Of a stretch of DNA of 45,362 nucleotides, positions 35,611 to 45,362 are shown one piece after another. Below the pieces are notes generated by a model, which did not search any database, was not told where the DNA came from, and worked only from the letters and a program-made list of their open reading frames with translations. Each line of letters opens with the position of its first letter. Within the stretch, counting starts at the first letter, position 1. Origin of the DNA: Chiloscyllium plagiosum (Eukaryota); assembly GCF_004010195.1 (NCBI RefSeq), contig NC_057718.1, positions 29,794,018 through 29,839,379 of the forward strand. Reading direction: 5' to 3'. Both the position numbers and the translations under genes were made by a program.

Positions 35611-37627
35611 TTTTTAAATATGTTTTTATCCAATTCTGGATCACTGTGAAAAACAAGGTAATATTTCCATGCAACTGCCTGAAAAACTCAAATCGCTCAG
35701 TCATAGTATTAATTTAATTGAACTTTAAATTGATTAAATATTAATTTATTTAAAATTACTTCATTTGGCTTAACTCTACAAAGCTAGTTCCTGTTATGGG
35801 GCCAGTATTCTAATCAGAAGTACAATAAATAACATTCGTCATCTCCTCTTTGACATGATTTATCATGTCCATGTGTAAGGTCCCACTTTTCTGTCCAATA
35901 AAATGGATCATATTACCATATGGTACACAATACTCTAATTTGAAGTTTGTGGAGTTTCCGCTAAATTCGAGACCATATTCCTGTAAATCTTCTAGTAAAC
36001 TAATACAAGAGCCATAACCGCATCACTAATTCCTTGTGAACATCAACCCATTTAGTATAAAATAAAACAAAGTACTGCGGATGCTGGAGATGTGAAACAA
36101 ATAACAACAGAAATTGCTGAAGAAACTCAAGTCTGGCAGCATCTGTAGAAAAGGGTCACTGGACTCTATGTTAACTCTTTTCGCTCCTCTGATGCTGCCA
36201 GACCTACTGAGTTTCTACCATAGTAGCATAATGTGATATCCTGGAAGGAAGATGACTGCTTATCATGGAGTGATCTAAACTAATTGCGTGTGACAAAATC
36301 ACAGTCAATAGGATGATATAGAAGTTATAATGCTAACACATCTGAAAATGTATCTGAAAATGTCAGCTTTCAAGTGCTAAAAACTGATTCAAACAAATGT
36401 GCCTTGCATTAATAATTTTGCTAAATCTAAAACATGGATTGATAAATTGATTATATGAGCTCTGTGCACTCTCAGTGTGAAAGGAGCAAATCTATTACAT
36501 AGGTGGCCTCCTCCTAAGGTCCTCAGTATCACAAATGCATATTCTCAAGTCAAATTGACTCACTCCACAATGGATCAAGAAACAATTGAATGACACTGCG
36601 ACATTCCAGTAATATACTAAAGAACTGTGCCCAAAACCAGTGATGTTGGAGTCAATCTGTTCCAATACAGTGATAACACTAGCACTGGCCCAAAAATGCA
36701 GACAGTTTCCCAGCTTTACCCTGATGACAAAATTTGGACAAAACTAACAAGCTTATGACCATCCTATCAGTATGCTTGTGATCAAAATGACATAAGAGAT
36801 CATTAACACTGGTATCAAGCAGCACTACCTCTAATTAATCAGCACACTGATGCTCAGTTTGGGTTCTGAGGCCACTCAGCTCTTATATTATCACTGCCTT
36901 GGTCCAAATATGGACATAAGTGCTCAACCCCAGAGGCAAGATGAACATGACTGCCCTTAACATGCACAATTAGTGGTATCAAGGAGCCCTAGCAAAATAG
37001 CAATGAGAATCGAAGTAAACATTCCACTCACTGGAATCATATCTAGTACAAAGGAAAATGGTTGCTGTTGATGGAGGTCATCTCAGCTCCAGACCTCTCT
37101 GCAGGTGTTCTTCAAGGTAGTGTCCTTGTTAAAATCATCTTCAACTGCCCCATCAATAACATTCTCTCCATTCTTGTGCCAAAACTGGGGTCGCCTATTG
37201 TTGATTGCACAATGGTCAGCATTATTTACGGCCCCTTGGATACTGAAGCAGTCCATGCCCAATGTAGCATGGCCTGAACAAATTTCAAGCTTCAGTTTGT
37301 AAGTGACTAGTGCCATTTGAGCAACACAAGTGCCAGACAATAGCCACTGCCATCAAGACAAACATTACCTTCTCCGCTTAACATTCAATGGAATTTCCTT
37401 TGTTGAATCTCTCCAACATCATACTGGGGTTTACCTGTAACCAGAAACTGAACTGGATCAGACAAATACTGTGGTTCCTAGAGCAGGCCAGAAGTTGAGG
37501 ACTCTGCAGCCAAGTAACTGATCTCCTGACTTCCCAAAGCCAGTCCCTTGGCTAAAATGGCAGAATTTGCCTAAATAAGTGCAGCTGCAACAACATTCAA
37601 AGCTTGCCAGCATTTAGGAAAACGTAG

Positions 37628-37749
37628 GAGAAAGTGAGGTCTGCAGATGCTGGAGATCAGAGCTGAAAATGTGTTGCTGGAAAAGCGCAGCAGGTCAGGC
37701 AGCATCCAAAGAGCAGGAGAATCGACGTTTCGGGCATGAGCCCTTCTTC
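37628..37749 (-). mobile_element. Single PLE terminal-repeat insertion with hammerhead motif and 12-bp TSD
   Basis: TSD aggaaaacgtag (37616-27) and aggaaaatgtag (37750-61). Minus strand 37755-37719 reads ttc-CTGAAGA-a-GGGC-tcat-GCCC-GAAAC-GTC-gatt. Confidence 0.8.
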
Positions 37750-38789
37750 AGGAAAATGTAGCCGGTTCAGCGACACCTCAACCACCACCTTCTATATTCA
37801 GTCCCTCCACCAATTATAGTAACAGCATTATGCACCAACTACAAGATTCACTGTAGCAACTCAAAGTCCCTTCCAAGCCTTCCATCGACCAGTGTAACAT
37901 TTGGAAAAACAACAGAAGTAGATTCATGGGACACTACAATCTGCAAGTTTCTCCAAGCCACACACCACCCCAAGTTGGAATTATATCTCCAAGCGTTGGT
38001 ACTGTGTCAAATTCCTAGAATTCCCTTCTAAACAGCACAGGGAGTATACCTACACTACAACAACGACAGCAGATCACTGATTGCTAATCTAGTTTATAAC
38101 TCCCACAAACTGTGCACAAATGATGATTTGTCGTCAAGTTCAACAATTTGAATTAATAATGCACAGCTCATTTTATTTCCTGCAATAATGTAGATATAAT
38201 GTGAACTATTGTTCCATCAGAATTAAACCCCACAAAGTAGCATCTCAAATTCCTTCATTTTAAATGGTTTGGAAGGTTTTGACGAAGCTGACGTTCCAAG
38301 TTAACTTCATCATTGTGTATTGTGTTTTGTAAAACAGATTGACTAATTTAGGCGAACAAATAGGATAGCTGCTCAGTGAAGGCCTCTGGACTTAAATCGC
38401 TCTTTCTCAAACAATAATATACAAATGTACAGAAACTGTACATATATGGCTGACGTGAGTGTTTTAACAGAATGATTTTAACCATTTAGCTTAGCTTAGT
38501 CTAAGCAACTGAGTTCTCATACCAATCTTTCAGGAAATTTCCAGTTCCATCCCTAAACCACTGAAATAGCAGTCAGGCAAATCTGAAAAGCCACTTCTTA
38601 ACAATGTCACCTCACAGGATGATCTGAATGGTCCTTTGCCATCCATAAGTCAGCACTATACTGCCGGCTGTGAAGCTATTTCTATCATTTTAACATTATA
38701 ATCCAGCCCCAGATATTAACAAATTTGAATTATTTTCAAGATTTATTTGTACTGGCAAATTTAATTTGTAACGATATAGTTCTATCCTT

Positions 38790-39135
38790 CCTTCTAATGC
38801 CCCACTTGAGAACTTGAGCAAGTAGTTTAGGCTGAAACTGCAGTGCAGCACTAATAAGACTGACTCAGATGTCAATTCAAAGAACCATCTGCTTGTTCAA
38901 GCAAAGGTAAAAAAAATCCCAGGGTACTTCTTCACAATGCAAGGTTTAGGAAGTTGTCCTCGTGAGACATAAATGGTATCCAAGACAATTAACACCACCA
39001 AAAAGAAAAACAACTCTATTTATTTCACATGCTGTTATGGATTTTGCCATGTACAAAACAACTTCAAAAGCAGCATTTAGGCTCCAAAGTGCCTTGGGGC
39101 ACCGCATGGATGTAACAATTGCGATAAAAATTCAA
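38790..39135 (+). mobile_element. Deu-domain SINE, degraded
   Basis: aacttgagca..aggctga..cagtgcagcact..gctgttatgggattttgccatgtacaaa..acttcaaaag. Confidence 0.5.
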
Positions 39136-39645
39136 ATAGGCAAGGTCTTTTCCCAGAAGTAGGGGAGTCCAGATCTAGAGGGCATACTTTGGTGGGGAGG
39201 GGAAGAGAGAAGGAGGTGAGATTTTCTTAGTCTCTATGACTAAGTATTTCATCCAACAGTTCCTTCTTCCAGGCCCAATAAGAACAGCAAATCATTGATG
39301 AATTGCAACAATTAGAGTCATAGAGATGTACAGCATAGAAACAAACCCTTTGGTCCAAGTGTCAATGCCGACCAGATATCCTAACCTAACCTAGTCCCAT
39401 TTGCTGGCACTTGGCCCATATCCCTCTCAACCCTTCCTATTCATATATCCATCCAGATGCCTGTTAAATGTTGCAATTGTACCAGCCTCCATCACTTCCC
39501 CAGCAGCTCACTCCACACACGCACCATCCTCTGTGTGAAAAAGTTGCCTCTTGGGTCCCTTTTATATCTTTCTCTTCTCACCCTAAACCTATGCCCTCTA
39601 GATCTGAGCTCCCCCACCCCAGGGAAAAGACCTTGTCTATTTATC

Positions 39646-39848
39646 ACACAACACCAGGTTCTAGTCCAACAGGTTTAATTGGAAGCACACTAGCTTTCGG
39701 AGCGACGCTCCTTCATCAGGGCAATCACCTGATGAAGGAGCGTCGCTCCGAAAGCTAGTGTGCTTCCAATTAAACCTGTTGGACTATAACCTGGTGTTGT
39801 GTGATTTTTAACTTTGTACACCCCAGTCCAACACCGGCATCTCCGAAT
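39646..39848 (+). mobile_element. Fold-back insertion of a second PLE-type terminal repeat with 14-bp TSD
   Basis: Arms 39643-39720 and 39728-39805 (77/78 complementary, 7-nt loop). TSD cttgtctatttatc at 39632-39645 and 39849-39862. Confidence 0.85.
39726..39760 (+). ncRNA. Minimal type-I hammerhead ribozyme motif
   Basis: CAC-CTGATGA-a-GGAGC-gtc-GCTCC-GAAAG-CTA-GTG: stem I CAC/GTG, 5-bp stem II, palindromic AGCT stem III and a CUA cleavage triplet. Confidence 0.65.
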
Positions 39849-42800
39849 CTTGTCTATTTATCCTATCAATTCTCCTTATGATTATGTAAATCTCTAGGAG
39901 GTCACCCCTCAGCCTCCGCGTTCAAGGGACAACAGCCCCAGCCTATTCAGCCTCTCCCTATAGCACAAATTCTCCAACCCTGGCAGCATCCTTGTAAAGC
40001 TTTTCTGAACTGTACAAGTGTACAAGTCCTCCTCTACTTGCTTTTCCAAAATGCAGCACCTCGCATTTATCTGAACCAAGACCATCTGCCACCCCTCAGC
40101 CCATTGGCCGAGCTGATCAAGATCCCATTGTACTTTGAGGTAGCCTTTTTAGCTGTCCACTGCACATCCAATTTTTTGTGTCATCTGCAACTTTACTAAC
40201 TATACGTTCTATGTTCACATCTAAATCACGAATATAAATGACAAAGTAGCGGACCCAGCACTGATCCTTGTGGCACATCACTGGTTAGAGGCCTCCAGTC
40301 TGAAAAGCAACGTTCCACCACCACCCTCTGTCTTCTACTGTCAAGCCAGTTCTACATTCAAATGGCTACCACTCTGCCCTCATCAACCCCCTTTGTTACT
40401 TGTTTAAAAAAAAATCAATCATGTTGACGATCCTTAATCAGTCCTTGCCTTTCCAAATATGTGTAAATCCTGTCCCTCAGGATTCCCTCTAACAACTTGC
40501 CCACCACTGATGTCAAGCTGACCGGTCGATAGTTCCCTGGCTTTTCCTTACCACCTTTCTTAAATATAGTCATAGAGATATACAGCACGGAAACATAGCT
40601 GCACCACATTAGCCAACCTCCAGTGTCTGACACCTCATCCCTGACTATCTCAGCAACAGGCCTAGCAGTCACTTCCCTAGCCAGAGTTCTAGGGTACACC
40701 TGATCAGGTCCTGGGCATTTATACACTTTGATACATTTCAAGACATCCAGCACCACCACCACCTCTGTAATATGGACATTTTTCAAGATGTCAGCATCTA
40801 TTTCCGCACATTCTATATTTTCTATATCCTTCTCCACTGTAAACACTGATGCAAAGTACTTGTTTAATATCTCCCCCATCTCCTGCAGCTCCAAGCAGGC
40901 TGCCTTGCTGATCTATAAGGGGCCCTATTCTCTCCCCAGTTACCCTTTTGTCCTTAATGTATTTATAAAAACCATTTGGATTCACCTTCATCCTATTTGC
41001 CAAAGCTAACTCATGTCCTCTTTTTGCCCTCCTGATTTCCCTTTTAAGTATACTCTAAGGATTCACTCGATGTATCCTGTCTCTACCTGACATATGCTTC
41101 CTTCTTTTTCTTAACTAAAACCTCAATTTCTCTAGTCATCCAGCTTTCCCTTTACCTACCAGCCTTTCCTTTCACCCTAACAGGAATATACGGTATTTGA
41201 GCTCGTTATCTCATTTCTGAAGGCTTCCCATTTTCTAGCTGTCCCTTTACCTGCAAACATCTGCCCCCAATCAACTTTTGAAAGTTATTGCCTCATAACG
41301 TCAAAATTAGCTTTCCTTCAATTTAGAACATCCACTTTTAGATCTGATCTATCCTTTTTCATCACTATTTAAAAACTAATAGAACTATAGTCGCTGGCCC
41401 TAAAGTGCTCCCCACTGACACCTCAATCACCTGCCCTGCCTTATTTCCCAAGAGTGGACCAAGTTTTGCACCTTCTCTAGTAGGTACATCCACATACTGA
41501 AATAGAAAATTTTCGTGTAGACACGAAACAAATTCCTCTCCATCTAAACCCTTAACACTATGGCAGTCCCAGTCTATGTTTGGAAAGTTAAAATCCCCCT
41601 ACCATAACCACCCTACTGTTCTTACAGATAACTGAAATCTCCTTACAAATTTGTTTCTCAATTTCCCACTAACTGTTAGGGGGCCTATATACAATCCCAA
41701 TAAGGTGATCATTCCTCTCTTATTTCTCACTTCCACCCAAATAACTTCTTTGATGTATTCCTAGGAATATCCTCCCTCAGTACAGCAGTAATGCTGTCCC
41801 TTATCAAAAACAGCACTCCTCCTCCTCCTCTTTTTTTATCCTTCCAATTGAATTTGTATCCTGGAACATTAAGCTGCCAGTCCTGTCTATCCCTGAGCCA
41901 TGTTTCTGTAATTGCTATGATATCCCAGTCACATGTTCCTAACCATGCCCTGAGTTCATCTGCCTTCCCAGTTCAGCCTCTTGCATTGAAGTAAATGCAA
42001 TTTAATTGATCAGTCCTGCCTTGTTCTCTGCATTATTCCTACCTGCCCTGACTGTTTGATTTGCTCCCATTCCCAATGTATCAATCTCCGATTGATCTCT
42101 TTCCTCACTATTTCCCTGGGTCCCGCGCCCCCAACCTTATTAGATTAAATCCTCCCTCGCAGCTCTAGCAAATCTCCCTGCCAGTATCTTAGTCCCCTTT
42201 GAATTCAGGTGCAATCCATCCTTCTTGTTCAGGTCACTTCTACCCCAGAGGATATTCCAATGATCCAAAAATGTGAACCCTTCTCCCCTGCACCAGCTCC
42301 TCAGCCACGTACGTATTCATCTACTCCATCCTCTTATTCCTACCAATTCACCAAAACATGTGGAGAAACAAGAGGGGCTAAACAAGGTGCCCATTGTATC
42401 TGAGATAACAGATTAAAGATGCAGTGACTACTTGAAGATGTATTCACTGAGAACACAGAAGTTGAGAATACATTTGAATTTCCATCCAACTGTTACATCT
42501 ACATACATTATCTTACTTCAAATTAGAGGTATCCTTTCAAATCCATACTTTTGCAGCAACAGATTGACACTTACTAAATAAAGACAAGGAACATAATGGT
42601 GTAGATTTAAATGTTGAATAATCAGATCAATCATTAAATTTGGGAGGAGCAGAGTGGCCTACTTTTGCTCCTAATTCAGATATTCTCATGTTCGACCGCA
42701 AGTTCGATTTTTATGGAGGGCTTCTTCCTGATTAAATTTTTGTTGGGAAGCAGAACTGTTATTAGCTCACAAATACAATTTTATTATCCATTCAAACTGA

Positions 42801-43299
42801 AATAATGAGAACCAAATTTAAAAACTGCAAATGAAAACAATCTGCTTGACAGAATTACAATCAGTATCCACTATTTGTTCAAATGTCTTATTATTTGCAG
42901 GATTCTCCCCTGTGAATTATTAGGCTACTGTAAGTAACTAGCGAGGGCACAACTATTTGCTTAGAGAAATCCTGACACAAACATGTTAACATTCTGCTTA
43001 TTTGAAATTGAAAATAAAACAAATGAAGTACTTCACTTCCATCACCATCAACCCCCACCCCATGATTATGTTTTCTGCATGTTCAATTTCTCATCTACCT
43101 ACCACTTCACCCCCACTTCCTTTGGTTGCTCCCAGATTCATATTTTTGATATTTATTTCATGTTTAATCTCTCTTTTCTTACCCTTCCCTACGAAAGGCC
43201 AACTAACCAACCATTTCGGGGTTTTTTCAATATATAATTCTGCCTCCTAACCCGATTTGTGTTGAACATCCCAAAATTAGAAAACCAAACAAATAAGAC

Positions 43300-44400
43300 A
43301 ACACTGCGCAAACGAACCGTGTGAAAAATCGGCGAATCTACCGTCCACTGTACCTTCAGGGTTGAAGTAACGCGCTCGAACCTTAACGACTGGTTCTGGC
43401 GCAGGAAAGGCCCAGGCTTTAAGCAGGGCCTAGGTCGTCATTTCCCGCTCGGTCGCTGGCATTTCACCGCGGTCCTAGCGCCCGACAAATTACAGCCGAA
43501 CATGTTTTTTTTTCAAAATGCTACTTCAGAAGTAGTTGCAAAATCAGCCAGTTACTCTGTCATAAGATATGTAAACGAAGTATCCTCAGCTATTCTAAGA
43601 CTTGCCCTTCACCTTCCCATCCCTAACAGTCCCTTCCCCATCGCAGATCAAGAGCACATCTGACCTCCGTCGGGAGCTTTTGGATAATAATGTCACGCCT
43701 CAAGTATATAATGTATGTTACAATTCAATTCAAAAGGAAAAGTCACTAAACACCAAAACGTCGTCAAAGCTAGTTCCATGAACTGGAAGACGCTTCGGAG
43801 GCTTCTATCAACCGAAAAATCTCGTGCACGATACTGTCATTGTCAATTTCCCGGTCAATTTCCCGAATTCCATTTCGCAGAATACCTAATTTGATTTTCC
43901 TCTACACACGATGTATCATGTAACATAATGAGCTGACTGCCGCGAATGCGGCCTGTAAAAGAATTACAGTATACACCTCAACTACATAAGGTGTGTATGC
44001 GCCTTGGTCATCCGCGTCAATGCCATCGTGAGACAAAAAAACATGCAACACAAACTATTCAGCATCACTGTCGCACTAAATGTCCATTAAAACTTTCGAA
44101 GTCCTTGTGCTTTTTATACTCAAGTCAGATTCCCATGTTTTTGGCAAAGGTTGTAGGGCATACTTAAAGCTGAAAATGTGTTGCTGGAAAAGCGCAGCAG
44201 GTCAGGCAGCATTCTGGGAACAGGAGAATCGATGTTTCGGGGCATACCTTAGAATATAATTTGAAGTTCTTTGTCATTTTCCTATAAAATGTCCTCGATA
44301 CCCGTTTTCATTTCAAACCAACTGTAGTTCAAACTAATGAATTGAGTGCGTTTTTCCAAGCGAATTTCTTTACGAATTACAAAACTTGTTACAAAGGTTG
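43300..44400 (-). promoter_or_regulatory. CpG-enriched, largely non-repetitive region; candidate PPM1B promoter or non-coding exon 1 region
   Basis: CpG dinucleotides are visibly frequent here (e.g. 43370-43500 acgcgctcg..cccgctcggtcgc..ccgcgg..gcgcccg) compared with the CpG-depleted window. It lies about 9 kb upstream of an exon that has a splice acceptor before its ATG. Candidate minus-strand donor CTGAAG|GTACAG at 43354/43353. Confidence 0.4.
44166..44243 (-). repeat. Short PLE terminal-repeat fragment
   Basis: agctgaaaatgtgttgctggaaaagcgcagcaggtcaggcagcat.. matches 37661-37735. Confidence 0.8.
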
Positions 44401-44644
44401 TAATACTTTTTGTCCATCCCACGCCAAAGATGGCAGCCGCAGAGTTAGCTCATCCACTCCATCCTTTTTTTAATCCTTTGTTATTTTTTTTTAAGTTTTT
44501 TCTCCCTATTTAACTTCTGGAGAGAGCGGAGTTATCGAAGCAGCAAAGGTGATAGCATTGCGGCTTCGTCGGGTCCTGAGTGGGGTCGCCGGGGATTTGG
44601 AGCGGTACTTGGACATTTGGAGATCGAGCCCAATGATGAAAGGG

Positions 44645-45362
44645 ATTCTGGATCAGTGGTGCTGGAAGAGCACAGCAATTCAGGCAGCATCCGACAGAGC
44701 AGCAAAATCGACGTTTCGGGCAAAAGCCCTTCATCAGGAATAAAGGCAGAGAGCCTGAAGCGTGGAGAGATAAGCTAGAGGAGGGTGAGGGTGGGGAGAA
44801 AGTAGCATAGAGTACAATAGGTGAGTGGGGGAGGAGATGAAGGTGATAGGTCAGGGAGGAGAGGGTGGTGTGGATAGGTGGAAAAGGAGATAGGCAGGTA
44901 GGACAAGTCCGGACAAGTCAAGGGGACAGTGCGGAGCGAGAAGTTTGAAACTAGGATGAGGTGGGGGAAGGGGAAATGAGGAAGCTGTTGAAGTCCACAT
45001 TGATGCCCTGGGGTTAAGTGTTCCGAGGCGGTGAGGGAGGAGGTGTGGGCACAGGTTTTACAGTTCCTGCGGTGGCAGGGGAAAGTGCCAGGATGGGAGG
45101 GTGGGTCGTAGGGGGGCGTGGACCTGACCAGGTAGACACGGAGGGAACGGTCTTTGCGGAAGGCGGAGAGGGGTGGGAAAGGAAATATATCCCTGGTGGT
45201 GGGGTCTGTTTGGAGGTGGCGGAAATGTCGGCGGATGACTTGGTTTATGTGAAGGTTGGTAGGGTGGAAGGTGAGCACCAGGGGAGTTCTGTCCTTGTTG
45301 CGGTTGGAGGGGTTGGGTCTGAGGGCGGAGGTGCGGGATGTGGACGAGATGCATTGGAGGGC
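44645..45362 (-). mobile_element. Penelope-like element (family B) 3' region plus terminal repeat, running off the window end
   Basis: ORF 44775-45278 (LTFHPTNLHINQVIRRHF..FPCHRRNCKTC) matches 23213-23560. It jumps at about 45030 over the GIY-YIG region and is followed by the terminal repeat with a hammerhead motif at 44706-44741. Confidence 0.9.

Larger units (their letters stand above)
39313..42350 (-). mobile_element. Long CR1 LINE (end of ORF1, endonuclease, RT, 3'UTR) with internal deletions and nested insertions
   Basis: EMGEILNKYFASVFT..PGPDQVYPR..FKKGGKEKPGNYRPVSLTSVVGKLLE, endonuclease LYRPPN/GDFNFP region at about 41.6 kb, and a 3' tail at 39313. Confidence 0.92.

Noticed and set aside
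12801..39805. Long hairpins as miRNA precursors, terminators or CRISPR-like repeats
   Set aside because: They are TSD-flanked inverted copies of interspersed PLE repeats. There is no repeat-spacer array, and the DNA is vertebrate.
44425..44445. AAGATGGC YY1 motif as the core PPM1B promoter
   Set aside because: It matches the head of the repeat at about 14557, so it is more simply explained as TE-derived.

Overview
Eukaryotic, repeat-rich genomic DNA from a cartilaginous fish, most likely a shark, judged from HE1-type V-SINEs, Deu-type SINEs and shark-style CR1 and Penelope repeats. The window lies mostly inside one minus-strand gene, PPM1B (PP2C-beta). Only its large first coding exon is present: exon 33403-34259, CDS 33403-34248, 282 codons, clean AG/GT sites. 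A CpG-enriched region at about 43.3-44.6 kb may mark the promoter or non-coding exon 1. The rest is intronic: nested CR1 LINEs, Penelope-like elements (PLEs) and their terminal repeats carrying minimal hammerhead-ribozyme motifs, a Rex1 LINE, a solo LTR, a Tigger-like MITE, SINEs and two assembly gaps. The most unexpected item is an orphan 161-bp exon of DEPDC5 (a GATOR1 subunit). It keeps both splice sites, sits in about 1 kb of non-repetitive flank antisense within the PPM1B intron, and is bracketed by HE1-SINE sequence. Also notable are short, TSD-flanked fold-back PLE insertions that form 78-80 bp hairpins and carry hammerhead motifs. I see no evidence of a wholly new multi-gene system. 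Family and gene assignments are from recognition and memory, not database searches, and repeat boundaries are approximate unless a TSD or TIR is given.
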